Source of the DNA: an uncultured Chloroflexia bacterium
Lineage (GTDB): Bacteria > Chloroflexota > Limnocylindria > Limnocylindrales > CSP1-4
Length of the DNA stretch: 64,000 bases
Reading direction: 5' to 3'
NCBI GenBank assembly: GCA_963766655.1
Contig: CAVYBB010000002.1
Coordinates: 755,329 to 819,328 of the forward strand
Part shown: positions 18,479-29,002 of the stretch, one piece after another
Numbering within the stretch: position 1 is the stretch's first letter
Layout: each line of letters opens with the position of its first letter
The notes under the pieces: generated by a model
What the model was told of the DNA's origin: nothing
Databases searched by the model: none
Seen by the model: only the letters and a program-made list of their open reading frames with translations
Position numbers and translations under genes: made by a program

Positions 18479-19513
18479 ATGGGTCTCACCCGAACCCGCC
18501 CCTCGCGGGAGATCCTGTCCGGCGACTCCGCCGACGTGTACTTTGGCCGGGCGGCGACGATCCTCGAGCGCGAGGGCATGGATCCGCTCGTGATGATGGA
18601 ACTGTTCGCCCGCCAGGACGCGCTCCTGTGCGGCATCGAGGAGGCGAAGAACCTGCTCGGCCACGTCCTCGCGTCGGCGCCGGCCGAGGAGACCCAGATC
18701 GAGTCACTCGACGACGGCGACTCGATCAGCTCGAAGGAGGTCGTCCTCCGGATCCGGGCGCGCTACCGGCAGGTCGGCCTGTACGAGACCGCGATCCTCG
18801 GGATGCTCGCCCAGTCGACCGGCTGGGCAACCGCGGCGCGGGAGTGCGTCGAGGTCGCCAGCCCCATGCCGGTCATCTCGTTCGGCGCCCGCCATGTCCA
18901 CCCGGACATCACCGACGTCCTCGACTACGCCGCGATCGTCGGTGGTTGCGTCGGCGCGTCGACGCCGGCCGGGGCGCGCCTTGCGGGCCTGTCGCCGACC
19001 GGCACGATGCCCCACTCGCTCGTCCTGATCTTCGGCGACACGGTGAAGGCGGCGCTCGCGTTCGATCGCGACATCGGGCCTGAGGTGCCGAGGATCGTCC
19101 TCGTCGACACGTTCCGCGACGAGGCCGAGGAGTCGCTCCGGGTTGCCCACGCCCTCGGCGATCGGCTGTATGGAATTCGCCTCGACACGCCCGCCGAGCG
19201 CGGCCGGGTCACCGCCGACCTCGTCCACGAGGTCCGGGCGCGCCTCGACCGCGAGGGGTTCTCGCACGTCAAGATCGTCGTCTCCGGCGGCCTGACGCCC
19301 GAGCGGATCCGCTACTTCAAGGACGCCGGCTCACCGGTCGACTCGTACGCCGTCGGGTCGTACATCAGCGGCGCGACGCCGATCGACTTCACCTGCGACA
19401 TCAAGGAGATCGACGGGCGCCCCATCGCGAAGCGCGGCCGGATCCCCGGCATCACGCCATCGCCGCGGTTGCGGCAGGTCGACCTGGCGCCCTGGAGGGA
19501 CGGGACCGGCTGA
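18479..19513 (+). CDS. Nicotinate phosphoribosyltransferase-like type II PRTase
   Basis: Start is MGLTRTRP (ATG 18479). Contains SADVYFGRAATILE, PVISFGARHVHP, GTMPHSLVLIFGD, IVLVDTF and KIVVSGGL, typical of the archaeal/bacterial short NAPRTase family. Confidence 0.7.
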   Translation: MGLTRTRPSREILSGDSADVYFGRAATILEREGMDPLVMMELFARQDALLCGIEEAKNLLGHVLASAPAEETQIESLDDGDSISSKEVVLRIRARYRQVGLYETAILGMLAQSTGWATAARECVEVASPMPVISFGARHVHPDITDVLDYAAIVGGCVGASTPAGARLAGLSPTGTMPHSLVLIFGDTVKAALAFDRDIGPEVPRIVLVDTFRDEAEESLRVAHALGDRLYGIRLDTPAERGRVTADLVHEVRARLDREGFSHVKIVVSGGLTPERIRYFKDAGSPVDSYAVGSYISGATPIDFTCDIKEIDGRPIAKRGRIPGITPSPRLRQVDLAPWRDGTG

Positions 19514-19556
19514 GGTTTCCGCCGCAATGCGGACCGGCGCTCCTCCCTCGACACAC

Positions 19557-19727
19557 TTGGCCAAACTTGCGTGGCCGGAACGTTAGCCTCGGTCTGACGC
19601 CGACTTCTCGAGGGCGCCGGGGGATTTGGGAGCGTCGCCAAGCGTGGATCATTGAGCGGCGAGCTCCGAGCGAGGCCGGAGAGGGCATGAATTGCGGCTA
19701 ACGTTCCACGGGCGCACGTTTGGCGAG
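19557..19727. repeat. Long imperfect inverted repeat (about 32-nt arms, about 106-nt spacer)
   Basis: The left arm is TTGGCCAAACTTGCGTGGCCGGAACGTTAGCC (19557-19588). The reverse complement of the right arm GGCTAACGTTCCACGGGCGCACGTTTGGCGAGG (19695-19727) matches it at GCCAAAC, TGCG and GGAACGTTAGCC. Confidence 0.7.
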
Positions 19728-19778
19728 GTCGACGCGGCGCCCACGCCCGGTCCGCGCGATCCGTGCCACCATGCGGGC

Positions 19779-20207
19779 ATGAACGAGCGTGACGAAACGC
19801 CCGCGGAGGAGCCTGACGACCGCGAGTCTGCCTACGAGCTGCTCCAGCGCGGCCACGACCTCCTGACGCGGCGCCATTACGCGGCCGCGGCGATCGTGCT
19901 GGAGCGGGCGTCCCGGATCGAACCGGGCAAGGGGTCGATCCTCGAGGCGCTGGGCCGGGCGTTCTACAACTCCGGGCAGCACGATCGGTCGCGTGAGGCG
20001 TTCGCCGCCCTCCTCGAGATCGATCCGTCTGCCCACTACGCGCACTTCGCGCTCGGCCAGAGCCTCAAGCAGCTCGGTCGCGTGAAGGATGCGCGGACGC
20101 ATCTCCGCCTTGCCGTCGCGCTCAGCCCGACATCCACGCTCTACAGCGGCGCCCTCTCGAGGCTGGGCCCGCCGCCCGAGGAGGCGTCAGGCGCCGGGCA
20201 ACCGTGA
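19779..20207 (+). CDS. Small TPR-repeat protein
   Basis: Start is MNERDETPAEE (ATG 19779). Three TPR-like units are present (AAAIVLERASRIEP..., ALGRAFYNSGQHDRSREAFAALLEIDP..., ALGQSLKQLGRVKDARTHLRLAVALSP). Confidence 0.6.
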   Translation: MNERDETPAEEPDDRESAYELLQRGHDLLTRRHYAAAAIVLERASRIEPGKGSILEALGRAFYNSGQHDRSREAFAALLEIDPSAHYAHFALGQSLKQLGRVKDARTHLRLAVALSPTSTLYSGALSRLGPPPEEASGAGQP

Positions 20208-20825
20208 CTGCCCGGCCGCATCGCCGCGGCGGAGCCGGTCGAGCCAGAGGAGTGCGAGGATCGACTTCGCATCGGCGATCTCGCCACGATCGACCGCGGA
20301 GAGCGCCTCGCCGAGCGACACGTGGTCGAGCTCGAGGCGCTCGTCCTCATCGGGCCCGAGGCGGCCCTCGTCGGCCGTGGTCAGGTGTGTCGCCAGGTAC
20401 AGGTGCATGTGCTCCGTCGCGAACCCGGGCGCCGTCCAGAAGCTCGTCAGGCGGCGGAGAGATCCGGCGCGGTAGCCGGTCTCTTCCTCGAGTTCGCGGG
20501 GAGCGGCGAGGTCCGGATCCTCGATGGCACCGGTGTCGGGGTCGATATCGAGCGTTCCGGCCGGGACCTCGAGGAGCGTCCGCCCAGCAGGCACGCGGTA
20601 TTGGCGGACCATGAGGACGCGGTCCTGGTCGTCGATCGCGAGGATGGCGACCGCCCCGGGGTGCCCGACGACCTCGCGCTTCCCGCGCGAGCCGTCGCTC
20701 CGCTCGACGGTGTCGATGCGGAGCGACAGGTAGTGCCCGCGATAGACGGTCTCCGAATCGACGACCTTCTCGCTGAGGTCGTCACCGACCGGGCCCGCAG
20801 TCGCGGGCCCGGTGCGGTCGGTCAT
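20187..20825 (-). CDS. NUDIX hydrolase (ADP-ribose pyrophosphatase-like)
   Basis: The Nudix box is GTLDIDPDTGAIEDPDLAAPRELEEETGY. The preceding sequence is GAVAILAIDDQDRVLMVRQYR. Confidence 0.8.
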   Translation of the reverse strand: MTDRTGPATAGPVGDDLSEKVVDSETVYRGHYLSLRIDTVERSDGSRGKREVVGHPGAVAILAIDDQDRVLMVRQYRVPAGRTLLEVPAGTLDIDPDTGAIEDPDLAAPRELEEETGYRAGSLRRLTSFWTAPGFATEHMHLYLATHLTTADEGRLGPDEDERLELDHVSLGEALSAVDRGEIADAKSILALLWLDRLRRGDAAGQSRLPGA

Positions 20826-20844
20826 CGAGGTCCTGGACGCGCGG

Positions 20845-21966
20845 TCAGGCGACCGCCGCGGCCGCTCGCTCGGACACCAGCGTGGCGCCGGTCTCCGCGT
20901 CGAACATGTGGAGCTTCTCGAGCGGCAGGGCGAGCTTCAGCACGTCGCCGGGCTTGACCCGTTGCGACGAGTCGACGATCGCGACGATGTCCTGATCGGC
21001 CGCGGTGACGTGGATGAGTTCCTCGTTGCCGAGGTACTCGACGACATCGGCTCGACCGGGGAACGTCGGAGCCTCCGGTCCTGCCTCGTTGAGCTCGAGA
21101 TGCTCCGGCCGGAAGCCGGCGATGATCTTGTGGCCGGAGCTCGCGGCGACTGATTCGCGCAATCGCTGGGGCAGCGGGATCGTGAAGTCTCCCGCTCCGA
21201 CGAGCTTCGCATCCGAGCCGCTGCCCTGGAGCGTGACGTCGACGAAGTTCATCGACGGGCTGCCCATGAACCCGGCGACGAACCGGTTGGCGGGCTGGTC
21301 ATAGAGGAACTGCGGCGTGCCGACCTGCATGAGCAGGCCCTCGCTCATCACGGCGATCCGCGTCCCCATCGTCATCGCCTCGACCTGGTCGTGGGTGACG
21401 TAGACCATCGTCGTTCCGAGGCGCTGGTGGATCCGGGCGATCTCGGCACGAGTCTGGACGCGAAGCTTGGCGTCGAGGTTCGAGAGCGGCTCGTCCATGA
21501 GGAACACGGCGGGCTCGCGGACGATTGCCCGCCCCAGCGCGACGCGCTGGCGCTGGCCGCCGGAGAGTTCCTTCGGCTTGCGGTCGAGGTATTTCTCGAG
21601 GCTGAGGATGCCGGCCGTGTCGGCGACGCGCTTCTCGATCTCGGCCTTGGGGATCTTCCGCAGCTTGAGCCCGAACGCCATGTTGTCGCGGACCGACATG
21701 TGCGGATAGAGCGCATAGCTCTGGAAGACCATCGCGATGTCGCGATCCTTCGGCGGTACGTCGTTGACGACGCGATCACCGATCCGGAGCGTGCCGTCGG
21801 TGATCTCCTCGAGACCGGCGATCATCCGAAGGCTGGTTGTCTTCCCGCAGCCCGACGGTCCGACGAGCACCATGAACTCGCCGTCCGCGATCTCGAGATT
21901 GAGGTCGTCGACCGCGACGACGTCACCGTATTTCTTGGTGACATGTTCGAACGAAACGGTCGCCAT
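20845..21966 (-). CDS. Sugar ABC transporter ATP-binding protein (MsiK/UgpC/MalK type), orphan ATPase
   Basis: Start is MATVSFEHVTKKYGD. Walker A is GPSGCGKTT, the signature is LSGGQRQR and Walker B is FLMDEPLSNLD. It has a C-terminal TOBE-like regulatory domain. No permease or binding-protein gene is adjacent. Confidence 0.9.
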   Translation of the reverse strand: MATVSFEHVTKKYGDVVAVDDLNLEIADGEFMVLVGPSGCGKTTSLRMIAGLEEITDGTLRIGDRVVNDVPPKDRDIAMVFQSYALYPHMSVRDNMAFGLKLRKIPKAEIEKRVADTAGILSLEKYLDRKPKELSGGQRQRVALGRAIVREPAVFLMDEPLSNLDAKLRVQTRAEIARIHQRLGTTMVYVTHDQVEAMTMGTRIAVMSEGLLMQVGTPQFLYDQPANRFVAGFMGSPSMNFVDVTLQGSGSDAKLVGAGDFTIPLPQRLRESVAASSGHKIIAGFRPEHLELNEAGPEAPTFPGRADVVEYLGNEELIHVTAADQDIVAIVDSSQRVKPGDVLKLALPLEKLHMFDAETGATLVSERAAAAVA

Positions 21967-22118
21967 GAGCGTACCTCCGCCCCACCGGAGTATCGCGGGT
22001 CCCTGCATCCAGCCGCCATGTGACGTCGTGGACGGACCCCGTACGAGGTGCCGGCTCGGGCTGAATGCATCTTACGTGTCCTGAATAGTCCGCGGCAAGG
22101 AGGTATATCCGTCGTGGC

Positions 22119-22841
22119 GTGAAACGTTCGGGCCGGAATCCGCACAGAAACGGCATGGACATGAATGACAGCACAAGCCCCGCATCGTGGACCGACATCA
22201 GCGTTCCGATCCAGCCCGCCACCCCGATCTTCGAGGGCGACCCGGCCTTCCACATCGAACTGGCGGCATCGATCTCCGCCGGCGCGGTCTGCAACGTCAG
22301 CCGGCTCGATCTCGGGGCCCACACCGGCACCCATCTCGACGCGCCGTGTCACTTCATCGATGGGGCGGCGGCGTCCGAGACGATCTCGCTCGACGACTGC
22401 ATCGGGCCCGCCTGGGTGGTCGACGCGACGGCGCTCAGCCGGACGATCGGCGCCGCGGACATCGCAGGCCTCGGCATTCCGTCCGGGGAGACGCGCCTCC
22501 TGTTCAAGACCCCGAACTCCGAGCTGTGGGGCATGCCGGGCTTCCAGTCCGGCTTCATCGGGCTCGACGCCGGTGCGGCGGCCGCCCTCGTCGAGCGCGG
22601 CGTCCGGCTCGTCGGGATCGACTACCTGTCGATTGCGCCGTTCGGCGACCCGGTGGCGACGCATCGGACGCTGCTCGCCGCGGGCGTCGTGATACTGGAA
22701 GGGGTCGACCTGCGCCTGGTCGGGCCCGGGCCGGTGGAGCTCGTGTGCCTGCCGATCCGGCTGATCGGCAGCGACGGCGTCCCGGCCCGCGCCCTCGTCC
22801 GCCCCAGACCCGGACATCCTGCCGTCACGGAGACCGTGTGA
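22119..22841 (+). CDS. Cyclase-family metal-dependent hydrolase (kynurenine formamidase / isatin hydrolase fold)
   Basis: Contains HTGTHLDAPCHF (HxGTHxDxPxH motif) and VGIDYLSI. The start is uncertain (22119, 22155 or 22161). Confidence 0.75.
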   Translation: MKRSGRNPHRNGMDMNDSTSPASWTDISVPIQPATPIFEGDPAFHIELAASISAGAVCNVSRLDLGAHTGTHLDAPCHFIDGAAASETISLDDCIGPAWVVDATALSRTIGAADIAGLGIPSGETRLLFKTPNSELWGMPGFQSGFIGLDAGAAAALVERGVRLVGIDYLSIAPFGDPVATHRTLLAAGVVILEGVDLRLVGPGPVELVCLPIRLIGSDGVPARALVRPRPGHPAVTETV

Positions 22842-24007
22842 TGATCACCAGGCCAATGACCGACAACGACAGCGGGTCGACCGCGCACCCCTCGTCCGCG
22901 ACGATGCGCGCCGTCGCCGTTATCCCCGGCAAGGCGGACTCGCTCCATCTCCGCGAGGTGCGGCGCCCGCACGTCGACGACGTTCCGGGCGGCCGCGGCG
23001 CCCTCGTCAACGTCCTGCGCGTCGGCGTCGACGGGACGGACAAGGAGATCACGGAGGCCCTGTTCGGCACCGCGCCTGACGGCGACGACTTCCTCGTCAT
23101 CGGTCACGAGAACCTCGGTCGGGTCGCGGAGGTCGGCCCGAACGTCCCGAGCTGGCTCCGGCCGGGGGCCCTGATCGTCGCCACCGTGCGGCGACCGGGG
23201 CACTCGATCTACGACCAGATCGGGATGCAGGACATGACGACCGACGAGCCGATGGAGCGGGGCATCAACCGCCTCCACGGCTACCTCGCCGAGGCGTACG
23301 TCGACGACGCCACGTTCCTCGTGCCCCTGCCCGACTCGCTCGAGGCCGTCGGGGTCCTCCTCGAGCCGCTCACCGTCGCCGAGAAGGGCATCCGGCAGGC
23401 CATCGAGATCCAGCGCCGGCTGAAGGTCTGGCGTCCCGTGCGGGCTGCGGTCCTGGGTGCGGGTACGATCGGGCTGCTGACCGCCCTTGCGCTCCGGCTG
23501 CGCGGGATCGAGGTCGCGGTCTATTCACGGCGCGCGGCTCCGTACCGCAACAGCGAGCTGCTCGAGGCGATCGGGGCTCGTTACGTGAGCTCGGCCGGCA
23601 CCACGCTGGCGCAGCTCGCCGAGATGGCCGGGCCGTTCGACATCATCCTCGACGCGAGCGGCTTCAGCCCTCTCGCCTTCGGCGCCGCCGAGATCCTCGC
23701 CACGAACGGTGTCCTCGTCCTTGCGAGCGTGACCGGCGGCGACCAGACCGCGGAGCTGCCGACGGACCACATCAACCAGGGTTTCGTCCTCGGCAACAAG
23801 GTGATGGTCGGGACCGTGAACGCCCACCGCGACGACTTCGTGGCGGGCGTCGAGGACATGCTCCGGTCGGAAGCGTTCTACCCGGGCTGGCTGGGGCAGT
23901 TGATCACGACGCGCGTGGCGGGCCTCGACCACCACGATGAGATGCTCCGGCACCTGCGCGAGGACAAAGACGCGATCAAGGTCGTGGTCGAGGTCGCCGG
24001 AGCGTGA
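22841..24007 (+). CDS. Glucose 1-dehydrogenase, archaeal-type MDR family (Asp-type zinc site)
   Basis: It is collinear with Sulfolobus/Thermoplasma/Haloferax GDH blocks: [73 protein letters not shown]. Asp replaces the usual Cys in GxCGTD, and the four-Cys structural-zinc lobe is absent. Confidence 0.7.
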   Translation: MITRPMTDNDSGSTAHPSSATMRAVAVIPGKADSLHLREVRRPHVDDVPGGRGALVNVLRVGVDGTDKEITEALFGTAPDGDDFLVIGHENLGRVAEVGPNVPSWLRPGALIVATVRRPGHSIYDQIGMQDMTTDEPMERGINRLHGYLAEAYVDDATFLVPLPDSLEAVGVLLEPLTVAEKGIRQAIEIQRRLKVWRPVRAAVLGAGTIGLLTALALRLRGIEVAVYSRRAAPYRNSELLEAIGARYVSSAGTTLAQLAEMAGPFDIILDASGFSPLAFGAAEILATNGVLVLASVTGGDQTAELPTDHINQGFVLGNKVMVGTVNAHRDDFVAGVEDMLRSEAFYPGWLGQLITTRVAGLDHHDEMLRHLREDKDAIKVVVEVAGA

Positions 24008-26670
24008 CCGTCGACGCGGAGCGGGAGCGCCTGGACGAGGCCCGCGACGGCAAGGCTGCGTGGTATCGCTGGGGTCCCTACCTGTCGGACCGCCAGTGGG
24101 GGACCGTCCGCGAGGACTATTCCGCGGGCGGCGAGGCATGGGACTACTTCCCGCACGATCATGCCCGGTCGCGAGCGTATCGCTGGGGCGAGGACGGCCT
24201 GCTCGGCATCAGCGACCAGCAGGCCCGGCTGTGCTTCTCGATCGCGCTCTGGAACGGGCAGGACCCGATCCTAAAGGAGCGGCTCTTCGGGCTCACCGGA
24301 CCGGAGGGCAATCACGGCGAGGACGTCAAGGAGGCCTACTTCTATCTCGACGCGACACCGACCGCGAGCTACCTCCGGGGCCTCTACAAGTATCCGCAGC
24401 GGGCCTTCCCGTACGACGATCTCGTCGCCGAGAACGGCCGGCGGGACAAGGACGATGACGAATACGAGCTGGCCGACACCGGGATCTTCGACGACGATCG
24501 CTACTTCGACGTCGAGGTCGAGTACGCCAAGGCTGGCCCTGACGACATCGGGGTCCGGATCACGGTCACGAACCGCGGCCCGGAGGCGGCCCCGATCCAC
24601 CTCCTCCCGACGCTCTGGTTCCGCAACACGTGGTCCTGGGGACTTGATGACCGCCGGCCGCTGATCCGGCACTGCCCCGATGAGCCGCTCGGGGGCGTGA
24701 CGGGGACGACGGCGATCCTCCGCGCGGACCACCAGGTGCTCGGGGCGGTCTGGCTGACGGCGGCCGACGATCCGGAGGCCCTCTTCACGGAGAACGAGTC
24801 GAACGCCGAGCGGCTGTGGGGTGCGACGTCGCGGACCGCGGCCGTCAAGGACGCCTTCCACGAGGCGGTCATTCGCGGTGACGGCGGGCGCCTCGCCGCC
24901 GCGGCCGACGGCGGGACGAAGGCCGCCCTGCACTACGACTGGACACTCGCCGCGGGCGAGTCGCGGGTCGCCCGTCTCCGTCTCACGAAGGGCGAGTACC
25001 CGGCGGCGCCGGCCGACGTCGATGCGCTCATTGCCGCTCGCCGGGCGGAGTCGGATGCCTTCTACGCGTCGATCACGCCGACCGGCCTGAGCGACGATGA
25101 GCGGCTCGTCCAGCGCCAGGCGTTTGCCGGCCTGGTCTGGGGCAAGCAGTTCTACCACGTCGACGTCGGACGCTGGCTCGATGGCGATCCCGCCGGGCCA
25201 CCGCCCCCGGCCGGTCGCGAGAACGGCCGCAACTCGGGCTGGCGGGAGTTGAACGCCGCTGACGTCATCTCGATGCCGGACCCGTGGGAGTACCCGTGGT
25301 TCGCGGCCTGGGATCTCGCCTTCCACATGGTCCCGTTCGCCCTCATCGACCAGGAGTTCGCGAAGTCCCAGCTGGTCCTGTTGACGCGTGAGTGGTACAT
25401 GCACCCGAACGGCCAATTGCCGGCGTACGAGTGGGCGTTCTCGGATGTCAACCCGCCGGTCCACGCCTGGGCGACGTGGCGCGTCTACAAGATCGAGAAG
25501 CGGGTCACCGGGCGCGCCGACCGCGACTTCCTCGAGCGGGTCTTCCACAAGCTGCTCCTGAACTTCACGTGGTGGGTGAACCGGAAGGACCGCGACGGCC
25601 ACAACGTGTTCCAGGGCGGATTCCTCGGCCTCGACAACATCGGGGTGTTCGACCGCAGCGCGGAGCTGCCGGGCGGCGGCCATCTCGCCCAGGCCGACGG
25701 GACCGCTTGGATGGGCTTCTACAGCCTCCAGATGATGCAGATGGCCCTCGAGCTCGCCGTCGAGAACAGCGTCTACGAGGACCTCGCGACCAAGTTCTTC
25801 GAGCACTTCCTGTACATCGGTGCGGCACTCAACGATCTCGGGGGGTCGGGGATCTCGCTCTGGGACGACGAGGATGGGTTCTTCTACGACGTCCTCCACA
25901 TGCCGGACGACTCGAAGATCCAGCTCAAGGTCCGTTCGCTCGTCGGGCTCATGCCGCTCCTCGCCGTCGAGACGCTCGAGCCGGACCTGCTCGAGCGGAT
26001 GCCCGCATTCGCCCGCCGCCTGCGCTGGTTCCTCCGCAACCGGCCCGACCTTGCCGGCCTCGTCGCGAGCTGGGAGGCCCCCGGCCTCGGTGAGCGGCGG
26101 CTGCTCGCGCTCGTCCACGGTCATCGGATGAAGCTGCTCCTCCGGCGGATGCTCGACGAGTCCGAGTTCCTCTCCCCGCATGGTGTCCGGGCGCTCAGCC
26201 GCTACCACCTCGACCATCCGTACATGCTCGACTTCGAGGACGGTCACCACGAGGTCCACTACGAGCCGGCCGAGTCGCGGAGCGGGCTCTTCGGTGGCAA
26301 CTCGAACTGGCGCGGCCCGGTCTGGTTCCCGATCAACTACCTCCTGATCGAGGCTCTCCAGAAGTTCCACCACTACTACGGCGACGACTTCACCGTCGAG
26401 TCACCGACCGGCTCCGGCCAGCACCAGACCCTCCGTGCCCTCTCGGACGATCTCGCCCGCCGCCTCGCGGGCCTCTTCGTCCGCGACGAGGCCGGGCGTC
26501 GGGCGGTGTTCGGGGATGACCCGCGCGCCCAGGCCGACCCGAACTGGCGCGACAACGTCCTCTTCTACGAGTACTTCGACGGTGACACCGGGGCGGGCGT
26601 CGGGGCGAGCCACCAGACGGGCTGGACCGCGCTCGTCGCGAAGCTGCTCGACCAGCTGGGCCGATCCTGA
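24004..26670 (+). CDS. GH63-like (MGH1-like) glucosidase, 888 aa
   Basis: GTG start overlaps the upstream stop. The N-terminal [21 protein letters not shown]...AYRWGEDGL...[35 protein letters not shown] and the (alpha/alpha)6-type [12 protein letters not shown] segment match proteins usually annotated as glucosidase/GH63-like. The family assignment is from memory. Confidence 0.6.
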   Translation: MTVDAERERLDEARDGKAAWYRWGPYLSDRQWGTVREDYSAGGEAWDYFPHDHARSRAYRWGEDGLLGISDQQARLCFSIALWNGQDPILKERLFGLTGPEGNHGEDVKEAYFYLDATPTASYLRGLYKYPQRAFPYDDLVAENGRRDKDDDEYELADTGIFDDDRYFDVEVEYAKAGPDDIGVRITVTNRGPEAAPIHLLPTLWFRNTWSWGLDDRRPLIRHCPDEPLGGVTGTTAILRADHQVLGAVWLTAADDPEALFTENESNAERLWGATSRTAAVKDAFHEAVIRGDGGRLAAAADGGTKAALHYDWTLAAGESRVARLRLTKGEYPAAPADVDALIAARRAESDAFYASITPTGLSDDERLVQRQAFAGLVWGKQFYHVDVGRWLDGDPAGPPPPAGRENGRNSGWRELNAADVISMPDPWEYPWFAAWDLAFHMVPFALIDQEFAKSQLVLLTREWYMHPNGQLPAYEWAFSDVNPPVHAWATWRVYKIEKRVTGRADRDFLERVFHKLLLNFTWWVNRKDRDGHNVFQGGFLGLDNIGVFDRSAELPGGGHLAQADGTAWMGFYSLQMMQMALELAVENSVYEDLATKFFEHFLYIGAALNDLGGSGISLWDDEDGFFYDVLHMPDDSKIQLKVRSLVGLMPLLAVETLEPDLLERMPAFARRLRWFLRNRPDLAGLVASWEAPGLGERRLLALVHGHRMKLLLRRMLDESEFLSPHGVRALSRYHLDHPYMLDFEDGHHEVHYEPAESRSGLFGGNSNWRGPVWFPINYLLIEALQKFHHYYGDDFTVESPTGSGQHQTLRALSDDLARRLAGLFVRDEAGRRAVFGDDPRAQADPNWRDNVLFYEYFDGDTGAGVGASHQTGWTALVAKLLDQLGRS

Positions 26671-26672
26671 GC

Positions 26673-28695
26673 GTGGCAGGGTCGATCCTCGAGCGGCCGC
26701 TCGTGCGGTTCGGGCGCGAGGTGACCGGTGATCCGGCCGCCGCGTTCCGCCGCGAATGGCTCGTCACGAACGGGCTGGGCGGGTACGCGTCCGGCTCGCT
26801 GATGGGGCCCGCCACGCGCCGCTATCACGGGCTTCTCGTGCCGGCCCTCGCGCCGCCGGTGGAGCGGACCGTCGTCGTCCAGGGTTCCATCGAGTGGGCC
26901 GTCGACCGCGGCGCCAGCATCCCGTTGAGCACCCACGAGTATGGCGACGGGACGATCGACCCCTGCGGATACCTCGATCTCGAGTCATTCGAGCTTGACG
27001 GGGCGCTGCCGGTCTGGCGCTTCGCGATCGCCGACGCGGTCGTCGAGCGCCGCGTCTGGATGCCGCCAGGCCGCAACGCGACGTGGGTCTCGTTCAGGGT
27101 CGCTCGCGGCGCGAGGCCGCTCGAGATCATGTTCACGCCGCTCGTGACCTGGCGCGACTTCCACACCCTCGGGACGCCGCTCGACCCGCCGGATGTCGAG
27201 GCGCCCGACGGCGGCCTGGCGATACAATTCGGCCAAGCCGCCGCGGTGCTGCGGATCGCCTCGACCGGCGGCGTGCAGACGACGGCCGTCGAGCGCTACC
27301 GCGATTTCCTCCATCGCGAGGAGACCGCCCGCGGCCTCGACGATCGTTCGGACGCTTTCGCGATCGGGCGGGTCCGGCTAGTCCTGCGTCCCGGCGAGAC
27401 GGCGGCCGTCCTCCTGTCCGTCGAGCCGGATCACGAACGGGACCTCGACGAGGGGCCGGCTGCCTCGCTCGCCCGCGCCCGCGAGCGCCAGGCCGAGCTC
27501 CTCGAGCGGGCCGGCGCGTTCGGTGCGGAGCCCGCGATCCAGCAGCTGGTCCTTGCCGCGGACCAGTTCCTCGTCGAGCGCCGGCCGGCGGCCCGGACGA
27601 TCATCGCCGGCTACCACTGGTTCAACGACTGGGGCCGCGACACGATGATCGCGCTGCCGGGCCTGACGCTGGCGACCGGCCGCGCCGACGAGGCGGCGTC
27701 GATCCTGCGCTCCTTCGCACCCTACGTCCGCGACGGGCTGCTGCCGAACAACTTCCCCGACAGCGCCGACGCCGACCCGGCCTACAACACCGTCGATGCG
27801 TCGCTCTGGTACGTGGTCGCCATCGGCCGGCATCTCGAGGCGACCGGCGACGCCGCGCTTGCCCGGGAGCTCGTGGTGGTCGCCCGGGAGATCGTCGATC
27901 GCCATATCGCCGGGACGCGGTTCGGGATCGGGATGGATCCCGCCGACGGATTGCTCCGCGCCGGCGAACCCGGCGTCCAGCTCACCTGGATGGATGCCCG
28001 GATCGGGGACTGGGTCGTGACGCCGCGGATCGGCAAGCCGGTCGAGATCAACGCGCTCTGGTACAACGCGCTGCGATTCCTGTCGGGCTGGCTGAGCGAC
28101 GCGGGTAGCGCCGGCGACACCGGCGCCGCGACGTACGCACGCTTGCCGATCGGGTCCGGGCCTCGTTCCGCGAGCGCTTCATCCTCCCGGGTCACGACCA
28201 CCTCGCCGATGTCGTCGACGGCCCCGAGGGCGACGACCGCCGTCTCCGCCCGAACCAGGTCTTTGCGGTCTCGATGCCGCACCCGCTGATCGACGGCGAG
28301 GTGGCGGCGCGCGTCCTGGACTCGGTCGGCAGGTCGCTGGCAACCAGCTACGGGCTGCGGACGCTTAGCCCCGACGATCCCGACTACCGCGGCGACTACC
28401 GCGGCGACCAGGCCGCCGCGATTCCGGCTACCACCAGGGGCCGGTCTGGAGCTGGCTCGCCGGGGCATACGTCGAGGCGCACCTGCGGGTCCACGCGGAT
28501 CCCGCTGCGGCCCGCTCGCTGCTCGCCCCGTTCGAGGATCACCTGCGCGATGCAGGGCTGGGCACGATCTCGGAGATCTTCGAGGGCGGCCCGCCGCATG
28601 TGCCGCGCGGCTGCATCGCCCAGGCCTGGGGAGTGGGTGAGGTGCTTCGGGCCTGGCGGCTCGTCGAGAGGGCGGACCAGCAGGCGCGCGGCTGA
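26673..28695 (+). pseudogene. Glycogen debranching enzyme (amylo-alpha-1,6-glucosidase, GDE_N plus GDE_C), two frame changes
   Basis: Contains REWLVTNGLGGYASGSLMGPATRRYHGLLV, IIAGYHWFNDWGRDTMIALPGL and LTWMDARIGDWVVTPRIGKPVEINALWYNAL. After a shift near 28145 it continues ADRVRASFRERF...FAVSMPHPLIDGE...LRTLSPDDPDYRGDY. After a shift near 28430 it continues RDSGYHQGPVWSWLAGAYVEAHL...AQAWGVGEVLRAW, with the stop at 28693-28695. Confidence 0.8.
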
Positions 28696-28702
28696 CGCGG
28701 AT

Positions 28703-28973
28703 CAGGAGCCGCGGAACTCGCGGTAGGCGCGCACGATCCGGGCCAGGGTGTCGGGTGGAACGGCATCGGGCTCGACCCGGCCCGCAGGCCTGCGATCGTC
28801 GCCCGGAACTGCGCGACATACGCCGTGCAGCCGTCGCACGCCGCGAGGTGCCGCTCGAGTCTGTCGCGCTCGGCTGGCTCGAGGGCGCCGTCGAGGTACT
28901 CGGTCACGAGCTCGACCAGCTCGATGCAGTCGAGCGCATCGGGATCCGGGTATCGAGACGCGTCAGCGGCCAT
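28703..28973 (-). pseudogene. Small soluble zinc-binding anti-sigma factor (ZAS, RsrA-like), one frame change
   Basis: Contains DCIELVELVTEYLDG...RLERHLAACDGCTAYVAQFRATIAGLRAG (an upstream Cys plus H-x3-C-x2-C). After a shift near 28775 it reads RVEPDAVPPDTLARIVRAYREFRGS-stop (28703-28705). The restored ~90-aa protein has no hydrophobic helix. Confidence 0.65.
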
Positions 28974-29002
28974 GATCGCCAGTCTCGTGCCGGGGCCGCC
29001 CG

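Noticed and set aside
13931-18636. 838-aa and 1073-aa minus-strand ORFs (13931..16447, 15415..18636)
   Set aside because: They are antisense shadows of the two metallopeptidase genes. Their composition is Arg/Pro/Gly-rich and no domain signatures are present.
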